Below are positions 1-16,302 of a stretch of DNA of 64,000 nt, in pieces (the stretch's first letter is position 1; the number at the start of each line of letters is the position of its first letter). The stretch comes from the human T2T-CHM13v2.0 reference genome, Homo sapiens: assembly GCF_009914755.1 (NCBI RefSeq), contig NC_060929.1. The stretch is one strand, 5' to 3'. Below the pieces are notes generated by a model. The model made no database searches and had not been told where the DNA came from. It saw only the letters and a program-made list of their open reading frames with translations. A program made the translations under genes and the position numbers.

Positions 1-292
1 GCTCTCATTGCGATGACTTGGGCTCTCTGCATGGTTGTGGGGCTCACTGGGATCTGGTGAAACTGATGGCAGCAGCCCTGCCCACCCTAAGGGCAGCTGC
101 TCTTCATCCTGAGGATGTCTCTATCTGAGGGCATTTGGGTGCAAAGCCACAACCCTGGGCAGCCCGCCCTAGGCAAACAGTGCTATTTAAGTACCTACAG
201 AATATCTTTGATTTTGCCTCTGGGTCTGCAGGGCCTAAAATATTTACTATCTGGCCCTTTACGGAAAACATTTGCCAACCTCTGCTTTACAT

Positions 293-623
293 CTGCACTG
301 TTCATTATGGTAGCCACTGGCCACGTGTGGCTTTTGAGCACTTGAAATGTGACTAGTCCAAAATGAGATGTGCTTTGTGTATACTTACACATGCTGGAAT
401 TCGAAGGCTTGGTACCAAAAACCCATAAAAGAGCTCAATAAATTTTTTATTTGATTACATGTTGAATGAATATTTTGGATATACTGGGTGAAATAAAATG
501 TATTATTAAAGTTAATTTTACTTATTTCTCTTTACTTCTTTTTCATGTGGCCACTAGCAAATTCAAAATTACGTGCATGGCTTACATTTGTGGTGCGTAT
601 TATATTTCTGTTGTCCAGTGCTG
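293..623 (-). mobile_element. MER33 (hAT-Charlie non-autonomous DNA transposon)
   Basis: Termini ctgcactgttcattatggtagccactggccacgtgtggc ... tatatttctgttgtccagtgctg match the reverse complement of the MER33 consensus; about 330 bp. Confidence 0.8.
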
Positions 624-693
624 ATCTATAATATAGCATCCAAGTTTATTGTCTACAGACTTCTGTTTTCATGGAGCCTCTTGAATAAACTGA

Positions 694-1002
<309 letters not shown>

Positions 1003-1269
1003 TCGTGTTTCTTGTGGTACAAGTTTAGCAAACATGACTGATCCCCAACATGTTTTAGGTTAGGGTTTGTGTTTTGTTGACACCTAAGCTATAATTTAAT
1101 TGATGTAAACTCTTACTTTTAAATAAAGATTATACTTTCCTTTGTGTTTTCTAGATCCAGATGTTTATTATGCTCTGTTTTATTTTAAATCAGGTATTCC
1201 TTTGTTATTCTTCTATCATATGTGTTCTTAAAAATCTATGAGGTATACATTTTCTGTGATGTAAAAATT

Positions 1270-1500
1270 ATGATCTTATCATGTCTAATCTTTGATCCAG
1301 CAACTCTACTTCTAGGATTATGACCTAAGGAAACACTTGTATTAATGTGCCAAGGTGTGTGTATAATAAGTAGGCTCATTAGAATGTTGTCATTAATAAT
1401 GAAAAATTGAATACAACCTCAATGCCCGACTATAAAGATTGAGTACTTAAACTATGGATTATCCACATAATTGTATTTTCAATGTAAATGATGGTAATGA
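1270..1500 (+). mobile_element. Ancient L1M 3' fragment
   Basis: tttgatccagcaactctacttctaggatta ... acaacctcaatgcccgac resembles a degenerate L1 ORF2 3' end. Confidence 0.55.
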
Positions 1501-1564
1501 GTTATTAGAGAGTCTCTATAGAGGATCAATATTTTAAAGATAAATGTATGAATTTGTACTTTTA

Positions 1565-1969
<405 letters not shown>

Positions 1970-2574
1970 TCATGCTTATTTATATGGTCTATTTTTCTGT
2001 AGTAGACTTGTGTATCTTATATAATCAAAATAATTATTTAGCCATTTAGTAATTGATATACGATGTAGCTACATAACAAGTTCAAAATTCTAAGTGAAAA
2101 TATTTTTGTGGCATGAGAATTTATAAAAGTCTATTTTATTGTCACATAATGAAGGATGTTAGATAAAGAGCATTAGCCCCAGAGATTAGTCACGTGTTGC
2201 AAACAAATTGTTTTGGTAGTAAAGTAAGGAGTAAAGAAATGTGTACTCTCTAAAAAATAAAGTTCTTATTTAAGCACCTTCTGAGGTCTACCCTGGATTC
2301 TCTGTTTTGCTACAATTGTGATCGCCAGTGACTTTCCCACTAAAATAATTTCCTGAATATTTAAGTGTTTCATGGCTAGTTATTTTTAAGTGACCCAGCA
2401 CAGGAAGGATGTGGAGGGGGTGGAGTATTATGGGAACTCCTGCCAGTTTGTGGAAAAATTGAAAGTGAACTAAGGCCACCAAAAGGAGTCTGAAGAGAGT
2501 GTTAGGTATGAAGCAAAGATTTTTGTTGTGGAAGATAAATATAGAGTGTGTGCTTGACTCCAATAGGTCTTTAG

Positions 2575-2604
2575 GTGTGTGTGTGTGTGTGTGTATGTGT
2601 GTGT
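2575..2604. repeat. (TG)n microsatellite
   Basis: Read directly from the sequence. Confidence 0.9.
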
Positions 2605-3339
2605 AAGCGTTTTATTTGTTTCCATGGTGAAATTCAATACAAAGAGTCAGTTTAACAGTTGAAACTTCAAAAGGTAAGAAACTGGTTTTTATTATAGTAG
2701 TTAACAGGTGAGCCCTAGCTAGCAAGCAGAGCTCTACTATTGGGATTTACCTTTCACATTCACAATATTAAATAAAACTTTATAGATGCCATCACATAGT
2801 CTATATCTGAAATTATATGTTTTGGGAAATTTAGGTATAGCTTCAGCTAAGTTAATGGGAAATGTCACTGGCAATATGCACATCATTTAAAAAATTGGTC
2901 ATAAATCTTTTAGATCATTAAGACATTCATGGAGTTAAATGCTACCTTCTCAGTCCCAACCAAGCACTCTGGAAGTCTCCTTTGCACACCCACTGCCCCA
3001 TACACAGCTCTTATAGCACTGGGATATTGTTGGTTATTATCTGTGTATCTGTCTGTCTTTTATTCAACTCTGAACTCCTTAGAACTGTATCTTATTTGCT
3101 TTTGCATTTCTAACTACCAGTACAGGTATGTAGTTAGTTTCACATAGTCAATGTTTACTGAAAGAAGGAAAGTAGGAGAGGGGCATTCTGTATGGTAAAA
3201 TTTTTAGTCTCCATATTCAAAAGGCAGTAGTCTGAATAGTCTGAATTGCTCCATAGTGGATGCCTTGGGGACATAAGGAAACGCAACAGTCTCTAACTTG
3301 GAGTTTAAGCTACGTGTTGCAAGGAGAAATCTACCATTT

Positions 3340-3950
3340 GTATCTGTTAAGGTTCATCTTTTCATCTTGCTCATCACTGCTTGATTTCAAACCTTTATAT
3401 TACCTCAGTTGAACCGCTAGGTGACCTCCACACCTCCTTTCCAATTCATTCTCCACATTGCCATGGCACCTGTTTCTCTAAATTGGTCAGATCATGTTAT
3501 TTTCCTGCTTAATATTTGCTGTTGGCTCCTTGTAACTGCTAGATAATCCACCCTCTTTCCAGAACCTTGAAGCCCTCGGAGGTCTGGCCCCTTTACTCAC
3601 ACTGCCCCCATATCTGGGCCCCAGTCACACCATACAAAGCTAGTCATCACTGCTTAACAGGCTGTGTGCATTGCTGTTTTCTTTGCTTGAAATGCTCTCC
3701 AGCTTTCTCCTTCTGCCAGATGAGCTCCTTTTCTACAGAAGACCAACTCTCTGACCCTCTGGGAAGTTTGCCACACCTTGCCAGTGGTCTCTGCATAGTA
3801 CTTACTAACTCTTTGATTTACAGTGACCTTATGGGTCTGTCCTTTGCTTCTGGACTTTTTCTTTAAATTCCCATTGTTCAGCTACAGTGCTCAAGAGGTA
3901 GGAGCTCCCATTTGTTGAGCACTGACTGTGTGCCAGGCATTGTGAGAGAC
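3340..3950 (+). mobile_element. Degenerate L2 / MIR fragments
   Basis: ttccaattcattctccacattgcc ... tcagatcatgttattttcctgctt is L2-like; tttgttgagcactgactgtgtgccaggcattg is MIR/L2-like. Confidence 0.5.
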
Positions 3951-4645
3951 TTGGTTCCCACTGGATTAAAAAGTCCTTGCGGGCAGGAACCACAGTTTAC
4001 CCTAGGCTAAGCATTCGGTCGAGTGAGAGCTCTTTAAATAAAACACATTGGTTGAATGTAGACCTCCCCATCATCGTTTTAAAATAGACAAGTAGTTCAG
4101 TCGTTTGAATTCAACACTAATTTTATTTCAGCTTCATGAAAAGACAATTTTTGGAAATAAGTGCTGGGTGATTTGTAGTGACGTCACTTATTTACTCTGC
4201 TAGTTTGTTTTTGAGCACATGATGCATGCTTGTGGGAGAGCAGACAAGGGAGGGAGCACAGGGAGCTGGCTTCCACTTAATACTCAGAAGGTTGCTCTGG
4301 AACACTGGGGAAAGAGGGGATAAAGTCAGAATAGTGATGAGCATACAATGTAGATTCTTCGTTAAAGAAAACCACTGTGAAATAGCTCATCACAGTTTCA
4401 TATAACTTGAAATACTTCATGACATACATTCTATTCTCCAGCTGCCACCTCCATCTCTCCTGTTCCTTTTTGCCTCTGTTTTTGATCACGGTGTGAAATT
4501 CTCTTCTCCCATCACTTTCTAATCCAAGCATTATTTTCTTAGAAAGCTACTTAGAGATCACCTCCACAACACTTCCTGTTATATCTGTCATCTTTCTCTG
4601 TGTTTCATTTGTACCACATTATCATCTCTACTCATGTGTAGTTAA

Positions 4646-4993
<348 letters not shown>

Positions 4994-5229
4994 TATCATC
5001 TCTTTAATTAGTCTGCAAAGTCCTTTTAGCCAAGGACCATGTCTTATTTTTCTTATAAGTTACCTAGAGTTCTTAGTACCATTCTATGAAGGTTGTTAAT
5101 AAATGTTAGAGTCTTGCTGAATTAAGTCATTGTTATGTGTTTAAAGTCTTAATTGATGTATATAGTCCAGGCCCTGGTGGATACTTTCTGCACTTCTCTG
5201 TCAATTGCTACTTAATAGCAATTGAGAGA

Positions 5230-5460
5230 GCCACTGTCTGCTTTCAGATGCTGACTTTGCCAGGTATTAGCAGTCTAACCTTTCTGTGCTTCTGCTTTCA
5301 TCTCTTAATGAGGCAGAAGTAACATCTCCTCATAGAGTTGAGTCAGGGATAATGTAAGAAGGCATTTGTAAATATGGCTTAACAAACATTCCTTAAAAAT
5401 GTTGTAATGTTGCTTAATAACGTCTGGCACATAACGAATGCTTGATAAATAATAGCCATT
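5230..5460 (+). mobile_element. MIR
   Basis: ctaacctttctgtgcttctgctttcatctcttaatgagg ... tctggcacataacgaatgcttgataaat is a MIR core. Confidence 0.65.
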
Positions 5461-5625
5461 ATGTATAGTTTGTACATACAAACAAAAATAAAGCATAACA
5501 AAATAGGCATAGTTTGGACATACATAATTTGCCCTAATGATTGTAAATTTTACTTTTTAAATTGCAGACATTAAAAAATTAAGGTGACATCCATTGAGCA
5601 TCAGAAAGTTGAGCATCATAATTGA

Positions 5626-5913
5626 TTTTTTTTTTTTTTAGACAGAGTCTCGCTCTGTCGCCCAGGTTGGTGTGCAGTGGTGCAATCTTGGCTCACTGCA
5701 ACCTCCACCTCCGGGATTCAAATGATTCTCATGCCTCAGCCTCCTGAGTAGCTGGAATTACAGGCATCACGCCTGGCTAATTTTTATATTTTTAGTAGAG
5801 ATGGGGTTTCTCCATGTTGGCCAGGCTGGTCTCGAACTCCTGGCCTCAAGTGATCCCCCCGCGTCTGTCTCCCAAAGTGCTGGGATTACAGGCATGAGCC
5901 ACTGTGCCTGGCC
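5626..5913 (-). mobile_element. AluSx-like
   Basis: Poly-T and both arms; flanked by ataattg on both sides. Confidence 0.93.
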
Positions 5914-7737
5914 ATATAATTGGTATTTTTTTTTAAAAGAAAGAACTCCTTTACTTTGTGTTGATATTCAAAATCAGATTAAGTTACTCTAAATCAGATG
6001 AAGTCAGTTGTATAAAGCCTTACCTAAGGGTACCAGATGTTAAAAGAATTGATCCAAACATACTTATGGAAATGTTACTGATGATTTTGCTCATTTCTGT
6101 TTGGCTATTGTTTTTTGTTTAGACATTCTACTGTAATGGGGGATGCTTAAAGACTCCTTTGTGTGGAATTCTGTATTGGAGCAACCTTTATCATCAGAAC
6201 AACTAATAATGTTGTTGCAGACTTTGGCGCTACTACTGTAGAGTGAAAAAATGTTTTCATAAAGTGCCACATCGTGTTAGTAAATGAGATCTGGAAGATG
6301 GAGATGGACTGTGAACAGAGAGGGAGCTAGCCTGCTCTCCTCACGTGCTGAAATAAAAGGTTCCATTTTGAAGCCTGGGCTTCACTATATTCTTGGATTT
6401 TGAAACATATACTATGATGGTCATTGTAACACAGTGTAGTTATACTGTAGTTAATCATGCTACCAGTCAACTTGTTAAACTTAGTATAATTATTTGGTGG
6501 TAAAATACAATTACAATAAGAGTTATAATGAGGTGAGAGGGATGGTGAGCCCTTGGAGAGCTATTTCCTCACTTCAGACCACTATTGTTTGTCTGGATTG
6601 CTTATTGGACTCGAGAATTCCTCTGCTCATGTACTCTGTGTTCCCCTTCTCCCCACCACCTACCTTAGAGGCTGCCAAGGTGGAGAGGGCAGATGGCTTT
6701 GTGTATAAAGGCTGCATACATGTTTTTGCTGGGGACAAGCGGGAGCTGTGTCCCCTGGAGAAAGTAGGGTCATTTTCTTAGAACACAGGTGCCTTCTATT
6801 TGCTTAGCCCAGTGCTCTGTCGCCTAAAGGAAAGACCTCTTACTAATTTGACTGCCAGATGTTTTTTTTTTTTTTATTTTCTTTTTCTGCTCACTGGAGC
6901 ATCATTGATTAAACTGCACAAAGGCACCAATGTGTTGTTTAGTGGTGGCTTGATTTCCACGTTCTGTAGGAGGTAGGTGAGCTTCCCTCGTGCCCAATTT
7001 CATGTCCAACCCAGAGCCAATACTTGGAATCCTGAGAATTTTCCAAATACTCTTGTCATCCTCTTGCCAGTGAAAGGAGTCGGGAGGGGGCTCCAGGAAG
7101 AAGTCGTCTAGACCCCCATTGCTAAGCCAAAAAATTTCTGCTGTTAGGGCTTCCTATCTGCCGGGGGCATTTTCCCTTCTCTAGCTGGCTTCTGTTAGGA
7201 GCTCTTTGTGGCAGGAGCCCTGTTATGTTGAGCAGGGCTGTCGGTCCACACCTTTGCTGCCTCACCCCAGTGCCCCACTGGGCTCCTGTTTGGTGTTGTC
7301 CTTTTGTACTTCCAGGCTAGGTTTTTCCTTCCCATGGGTTGAATTGCTGGCTGGCTGGCGTCTTTCACATTCTTGTGGTTTCTAAACTCCAGTGGGAATT
7401 CCTTGGTGTAAATCTGGGAATGAGCACAGGTAAGGACAGTGACTTCAAATGTCCATTGTACACTAGAAGTGCTGACTGTTCTAGTACATGAAGGTTCACA
7501 AAAGGTGAGCTGCATAGCTCAGGTTAGTGATAGTGCTTTTGTGGGTCATAGGAGTTTGTCAGTTTGTAGGTCATAGGAGTTTGTCAATTAGACTAGAGCA
7601 GGAAAGTTATTTACCTTGAGAAATGGCATAATCTCATTTTTCATATCACTGTAGATGTCTGGGACCCATTATTTTTGTCAGCACTTCTTAATTTTATAAG
7701 TTCACTGACAGAATATCTGAACTTCAGGTACCTTAGA

Positions 7738-8140
7738 GCCAGGCCTCTCAAACCTTACAAAGATCTGCAAATCCCCTGGAGGCCTTGTAAAATGCAAACT
7801 TGGGGCCAGGTGTGGTGACTCATGTCTGTAATCCCAGCACTTTGTAATGCCAGCAATTTGGGAGGCCAAGGCAGGCAGATTGCTTAAGCCCAGGAGGTTG
7901 AGACCAGCCTGGGCAACATGGTGAAACTGCATCTCTACAGAAAAGTGTGTGTGTGTGTTGGGGGGCCTGAGGTGGGAGGATCATTTGAGCCCAGGCGGTG
8001 GATGTTGCAGTGAGCTGAGATGGTGCCACTGCACTCCAACCTAAGTGACAGATGAGACCTTGTCTTTCAATAAATAAATAAATAGCAGAATCTCAGGCAG
8101 GACCTGAGAGTCTGCATTGCTAACAAGGTCCAGGAAGACC
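7738..8140 (+). mobile_element. AluJ (7804-8083) nested in a MER5-like DNA transposon fragment
   Basis: The Alu has an internal 16-bp duplication and a TG-rich deleted linker. Flanks atcccctggaggccttgtaaaatgcaaac and acctgagagtctgcattgctaacaagg are MER5A-like. Confidence 0.75.
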
Positions 8141-10157
8141 TTATCAGCCTTTTCTCACTCAACAGGACTTTGACCTTTTTCACCTTTTTCCAGTTTTACC
8201 CCAAAGTCCCACCTTACATATCCATTTTTATTTTGTTTTATTTTATTACTAGAGCCATCTCTAGTGTGCCTGTTTGCTTTAATATCAATGAGATGTATAT
8301 TGATGTACATTTTTAAAAAACCTTCTGAACTATTGAATGCATTTCCAAGATAATATATACAAAAAAGTAGTTGCTCTTATTTTTAAAATATTTTTCTCTT
8401 TAAGTTATGTAGCCATGTTCAAATTGTACAGAAATGCTTTTTTGAGCACCTGTAGCTTACGTAAACCCTTTGCCAGGGACAGTGGCTTTTAACCTGACTA
8501 ACAACACATGTGAATTCTGGAGGCAAAAGGCCCTTAGGTAAGAAAGTGCTGCCATGGCAGGTGAATTTAAAATGTAGGGAGACTGCATGGACAAGGGAAT
8601 AATGACTCTTTGGATGAGATGTCCTGGGAAGAAATTCCCATTAGGAAGGTCATAATGCATACGGGCTTCATATCGATGCCTGCTGTGTCTGTTCCCACCC
8701 TCTCCTGGCACCATGATGTCTCCACCTCCTCCCCTATCCTGGACCAGAGAAGGCCCAGTGCCCCAGCTGAATTTCCTTTTAACATGCAGAATATCACTCT
8801 TCTTTCTGTTACATGCACACACAGATACACACACACACACAGAGACAAGAGAGAGGAGAGAGACTCTAAGAGACCAAGACTCTCAGTAAAGCCAGTACTG
8901 TCCTTGGTAGGTCCCTGCCTCTTAAGGTCTGAATGCTTCCCTTAGTGTTGAGACTGCAGGAGAAAATTGTCTCCCCAATCCCACTCAGGGGCATCAGTGG
9001 CCTTCACATCCCCATGCCTGTAGGGAATTGACTTTTTTGAGGGTTTCTGCAAGTTTACTCAATGTAGTGTAGTATTTGCTCCACCTTTATTTCTGGTTAA
9101 TAAAGTGAAAAATGAGTGTTCTAATTTGCAGAAGAGAATAGGAGGGAGATACAATCAGGTTCTTACTTGTGAAAGAGGGAAGAAACTCTCTGACAAACAG
9201 AAAACAGTTGGTTCCAGGATAAGCCTCAGGGTAAGTTATAAAAGTTCTCATTCCAATTTGAGCTTGTTTATTGTTTTAATGGAGTAAATATAGATTAAGC
9301 TTCATGAGGAAAGATACATGTCACTATTTTCAGTCTTTTTTGAAAGTTCATTCTGAATTTATCCCTGCCTCATTTCAAATGGATTTGATACAGCCCACAA
9401 AGATACACCTACAAAGATTAAAAAATAAAACAAAATACACAAGGAGATGAGGTGGAAAGAAAAGAAGCAGGGAGTATGGTCAGCACATGAAACATTTTCT
9501 AGAAGATGCTATTTACTTGTTAGAAGTGAGGTACAAATTTGGCCAAGAGCTTCCAGGCTCCTTGAGTCAGTGATTGATAGATTCATAATGTTGAAAAGAT
9601 TAAGGTAAAACCATTTTTTCCTGGGCTGAGACTCGAAAGAAACACCTCATAAAAGGAATCCTGTGTGTGTTTTGAACTGTGTTCTCAGCAACATTACTGA
9701 AATAAATAGCATAGTGTTTTGTGGGGCCATTTTTCAATCTGTCCTTTGCTAGAGGTTGATGGCATAATGTCTATGCATAATTTAGTGAAGGCTTTTCTAT
9801 AGGGGCCCAAATGACAGAGTCTAAGCCTGCACCTCCCTGGCTGCCTCCAGGGATGAAATGACAGTGTCTGGAAATGGATGGACACCATATCCATGATACA
9901 TTCTTCCGTGAATATTATTTTGCTCAACCAAACCATATTTTTAGAATATGTTAAGTTAAATGGAAATATTTTAAATTAATCAGTGGAACATTTGTGCCTA
10001 AAGCTTTTGATAGTAGAAAGTCAACAACTTTAATTTCAGGGCAAGTATATACAAAATAGAGTAAATCCAGTGGTTTCTACTCATCACTCCGTTTCCTAAT
10101 TTATGTAGTGAGAGCATTTAAATGTTTCATCAAGGTCCTTTTTGTCTCAAAGCCCTC

Positions 10158-10590
10158 TGTAGTAGCCAGGATCTTGGCAAGAAAGAGCTGACATTCTCAA
10201 ACTGGGCAATTGAGGCACATTCAATAAAGAGATGATTTACCAAGGGAGGGCAGGGCTTTGGGAACCAATAAGGCCTAGTGCAGTGCCCAGGGCTGGCTAG
10301 AGCAGGGAACCATTCTCACCTGTAGGCCTGAAGGCAAGAGGGAAGGGAGTGGTTATAGAAATTAGAGATTAGCTTTAGGGAATTATTTGACAAAAGCCAT
10401 AGAGGGTTGCAACCAATCGTGGTAGGGAGTTGAGCTGGAGAGATGGCTACCTCAGTTTCACCCCTTTCCCCTCTCATCTCTTGATGGTGGCCGCTGTGGG
10501 TCAAACCCAGCAGGAAGCCAGAGGGTTTCCATGTACCTTGGCCTCCAGGGGCACAGATGGGGTGAAGAAGGTTGGAGAGGGTGGAGGGGC
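10158..10590 (-). mobile_element. LTR33-like ERVL solo LTR
   Basis: Start tgtagtagccaggatcttggcaagaaagagctgacattctcaaactgggcaattgagg...aataaagagatgatttac resembles the LTR33 terminus. Inner boundary approximate. Confidence 0.55.
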
Positions 10591-10765
10591 AAGTGGAAGA
10601 CCCCTAGCACTTTCCATAACTTCATATTTCTAAACAAATGCTTTGAGTCTTTCCTCAAGGTAAGGAAATTCTGCCTTCCTGTCAGCTTCAGGAGGGCCCT
10701 TATCTCTGTGGTTACCAATGTGGCTCCAGGGCCCCCTGCGAAGTACACTTTAAGAAGGGGTAGTC

Positions 10766-11026
10766 TGGGAGGCCAGGGCGGGCGGATCACGAGGTCAGGA
10801 GATCGAGACCATCCTGGCTAACACGGTGAAACCCCGTCTCTAATAAAAATACAAAAAAATTAGCCAGGCGTGGTGGTAGGCGCCTGTAGTCCCAGCTACT
10901 CAGGAGGCTGAGGCAGGAGAATGGCGTGAACCTGGGGGGCCGAGCTTGCAGTGAGCCGAGATTGCACCACTGCACTCCAGCCTGGGCGACAGAGCGACAC
11001 TCTGTCTCAAAAAAAAAAAAAAAAAA
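10766..11026 (+). mobile_element. 5'-truncated AluY
   Basis: AluY diagnostics gagatcgagaccatcctggctaacacgg and aatggcgtgaacc. Degenerate TSD ending in ggtagt. Confidence 0.93.
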
Positions 11027-11489
11027 GAGGTAGTAGGTCAAAGCAACGATCGAACTCTACAATGCTGAAGAAATCAAACAGAAATGACGAGCTGATGGCT
11101 TTGTCAGATTTCTTCAAGTCTTTGTTGTCCTAGTCCTAATCTGTAAGAAGATAGTTTTCAGGCTGGAGGGTAAAAATAAAACCTTCATAAAATTTCATTT
11201 GCTGCTTTCTAGTGTTGGAGAAAGATCCCCATTTTCTGATCCATACATCTCACAGATACGTGATAATATGGTATTGTGGACTCTCCTGTGTGACTGCCTC
11301 TCCTGTGAAGAACCCCCTCTGAGCTTGTATTCACTGATGTGAGAGCTTGAAACAACATTGCCTATGCCACAAAAGCATTATGATTTGAAATCAAGCATGG
11401 GTATGTACTCTCGAGGGAATTACAGTGGATTTTCCCCAGGCTTTTCAAACCATTAGTGCAATTTTCAAAAAGTTTGGTTGGGGTATAGA

Positions 11490-12020
11490 TTATAGACAAG
11501 AAAATTTATCCATTTTAAGTGCTCATCTCCCTGAATTTGGGCACACATATACAGTTGTGTAATTACCACCACGATTAACATATGGAATATTTTTTTCACC
11601 TCCAAAAGTTTACTTAGGGCCGGGCATGGTGGCTCACACCTGTAATCCCAGCACTTTGGGAGGCTGAGGTGGATGGATCACGAGGTCAGGAGATCGAGAC
11701 CATCCTGCCTAACACGGTGAAACCCCGTCTCTACTGAAAATACAAAAAATCACCCAGGCGCAGTGGCGGGTGCCTGTAGTCCCAGCTACTTAGGAGGCTG
11801 AGGCAGGAGAATGGCGTAAACCTGGGAGGCGGAGTTTGCAGTGAGCCGAGATCGCGCCACTGCCCTCCAGCCTGGGCGATAGAGCCAGACTCCGTCTCAA
11901 AAAAAAAAAAAAAAAAGTTTACTTAGGCCCCTTTGTGGTCATTCCTTCCCTAACTCCAGCTCTAAGCAACCTCTGATCTGACTTTTGTCACTTTAGTTAG
12001 AATTTCATATAAATGGAATT
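11490..12020 (-). mobile_element. L1M 3' fragment interrupted by AluY (+, 11618-11912)
   Basis: AluY with a clean TSD aaaagtttacttag(g). Flanks are continuous antisense L1MB/ME-like sequence. Confidence 0.85.
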
Positions 12021-12021
12021 T

Positions 12022-12022
12022 C

Positions 12023-12061
<39 letters not shown>
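12022..12061. repeat. (AT)n(AC)n compound microsatellite
   Basis: Read directly from the sequence. Confidence 0.9.
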
Positions 12062-12293
12062 GGCAGGCACACATATATGAGATACATGATATTCATATTT
12101 TAGAACCAGCTTTTATACGTGGTAACAATATTTATTCAAATATATACACATGGTAAAAATGACCTGGGTAGTATAAGAGGGTTTAAAATAAAAAGATGAG
12201 TCTGCCATACCCCACTCTTTCTCATTTCTAATCCCACTTCTCAGAGCCAACAGCATGTAGCTGTCTCTGCTTTAGTTCCTCTGGAGGTTTTAA

Positions 12294-12635
<342 letters not shown>

Positions 12636-13111
12636 CCAAACCATTGTTTCTTGACAGTAACTAGTGATGATTTTGCTCATTGCATTACCCCCTCCACTCT
12701 TCCACCTTATCTCTTCCTCCTCCTCCTCCTCCCTATAGTTATTAGTTAAATCACTATTTTTTATTGCCTCTTTTGCTTACCTTTGAACCTTAAATGTTTA
12801 TTCTTGATTTTACAACTTAAACTTGCACTTTGAGGAGGAAAGTAATTACAATTTTTGCACTTTGTAGAATATTCTTTATGTAAAATAACCACATAAACTG
12901 TAAAATTCAGGAGTGGAGATCAGGCATGACCAGTTAAGTTATTTTGCTATTCTCTCTCTCTCTCTGTGTGTGTGATAATTTATACGACTCACTTTTGTTT
13001 CCGTTCTGTATACATATTACAAAATAGCTCAAATAGACCTCTGATATTAATTTTTGTAAACATAACAAAGAAAATTCAGAAGAAACTGCAGGATACTTGG
13101 AAAATGTGTAA

Positions 13112-13591
<480 letters not shown>

Positions 13592-14331
13592 TAAAAGCTT
13601 GAGGCACATGATAAAAATTAGCTGGCAATAAAGATTTTATAACTAAAGTCTCCTTATTTGGCAATTAACTGAGTCAACATTTTCAGCCAATATTACAAAA
13701 ACAAAACTTTCAGAGGACTATTTATGAACTTGAGGCTACTTTCTTCACATTTTTATAAACAATCATCTTTTAGATGACTGTGGTTTTCCCTCTAGGTAAG
13801 GAGTTGCAGGTGCAAACAGGATGTCTTAGCAATTTACCTTCTTGAAATCTTGGAAGTTGTAGGATTTGACTTCATCATCTAGCATCTGGCTTCCAGTTTG
13901 CAGGTCCACCTTCTCCATGGATGCTGCAAATTAGAATGTCTTCACTAAGCAGAGGGTCTCTTTGGTGCTCAAAGATACTACTAACTGATTTGCCAATGCT
14001 TGAGGACCTCACTTAAGGTGAGTACAAGGAGACTTCTTAATACAGAAACAGACCCCTCTTACAGCAACCACAGTTAAAAGAAATTTGTTTAATTCAATCT
14101 AACAACAACAAAGTGTGATCTTAATGAAGCCCAAACAACTATTTGTCTTTCTTGGTGTATTTATCCAGGCAAGTTGGCTAAAATGGGAATTCACTGAAAC
14201 AGCAATAGCTTCACAGTTCACATCAGGAAACTTACTGTTTTGTCACAAAATGAAATAGTTTCAGTAGTTCATATAAAAGTGAGATGTAAAACATGGAAGA
14301 AAATCAGTGAATATTTATTTTTAAAGTTGTT

Positions 14332-14875
<544 letters not shown>

Positions 14876-15329
14876 TTATAACTTTTAATAATACTGGTAA
14901 ATTTCTATTTCCTGTTTCATCTACTTTCAACAGTACCTTTTGATTCTCTACTTTCTGCCCTACCTCTTCCTTTCTTCCTCCCACCTTTACTGTGAGGCTA
15001 TTATGTTTGATACCGTACATTCTGAGATTTAAATGATCATCTGGGCTTTACATGTAGGTTGATTCTTGAAAGACAAAAGCCGAAAATAGGTTTTGTTGCA
15101 GCATATAGGGGTATACTCTGATTGATTTCTTTCTCTGTGATTCCAACACCACAGCTTCTTTATCTTTAAGAAATGAGTTTAAATACATTCTCTTTCCAGT
15201 GTGCTCACTGCATCATGCCACATTTTAGCAGGCTTCCTATTTGCACTGTGACTTTCTTTTACATTTTCCCCTTCCTGGAGTTTCTTACTGACTTTCATTT
15301 TTCTCATTGGAAGACACATAAGTGCCTTC

Positions 15330-15770
15330 TGCTGTGCGTTCTACACCCACGCTCCACCCTTTTTCACCCTGCTCTGCCTGTATAAGTTGCATCAGCAGAC
15401 AGCCAGGCTTGGGGGCTTCTGGCCTGGTTCAGCCAACAAGCAGCCCAGTAGGCGAAGAGCAGGAGTGGGGAGAGTGAGCTTGAGGTTCATTCTGCTGTGA
15501 GATTGCCTCCGTTTGGCTGTGTACATCTGCTGAAAATCACTTCCCCTCTCAAGATAACTTTTTTTCTTTTGGTAACGGACTCTTGGCCTTTTCCACTTGG
15601 GTAAAATACTCTCTTGGTCCCTGGGGCTTAGAGGAGTGACAGTTCCACTTTTGCTAGCCCCTCGTTATTGTACTATCTCTTTTTCTTTTTCTCACATTTT
15701 GGCAAATAGACCCCAAATTATCCTAATCTGAGGGTGCCACTGGCTTCCTGTTGGGATTTTGACTGATGCA
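15330..15770 (+). mobile_element. LTR33-like ERVL solo LTR
   Basis: Ends ...agggtgccactggcttcctgttgggattttgactgatgca, an LTR33-type 3' end. Left boundary approximate. Confidence 0.55.
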
Positions 15771-15969
15771 ATGGGGTTGGAGGAGGAAGCAAGGTATATT
15801 CAGAGATCAGAGTTTGTTCACCCATTCCTATTTAAGATGGAAGAACCAAGAGGGCTGACAGGTCTCTCTGTGTACCTGGCTGGGAGGATCTTCACTTTAT
15901 GGGGATAAGATGGGGAGCCCTGTATCAGGCACTACATCTCACCCCCAGAGCCACCTCTCTCCTTAACCA

Positions 15970-16302
15970 TTTTTTATTTTATTTTATTTTTTGTTTTTAG
16001 AGACAGGGTCTTGCTCTGTTGCCCAGGTTGGTTGGAGTGCAGTGCTGCGATCATAGCTCACTGTAGCCTCAACCTCCTGGGCTCAGGCGATCCTTCCACT
16101 TCAGCCTCCTGAGTAGCTAGGACTACAGGTGCGTGCCACCATGCCTGGAATATTTATTTTTATTTATTTATTTATTTATGTTGTAGAGATGGGGTTTTGC
16201 TGTGTTGCTGAGGCTGGTCTTGAACTTCTGGGCTCGAGCAATCCTCCTGCCTGGGTCTCCCAGAGTGTTGGGATTACAGGTGTAAGCCAACCATACCAGG
16301 CC
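15970..16302 (-). mobile_element. AluJ
   Basis: atcatagctcactgtagcctcaacc is J-type; expanded (TTTA)n linker. Confidence 0.92.

Noticed and set aside
7544-7586. 18-bp direct repeat ggtcataggagtttgtca with a 7-nt spacer
   Set aside because: Simple local slippage duplication; the spacer is a partial copy, not an element flanked by TSDs.
8457-8945. Overlapping 93-127-aa ORFs on both strands
   Set aside because: No recognisable domain or splice structure; consistent with chance ORFs.
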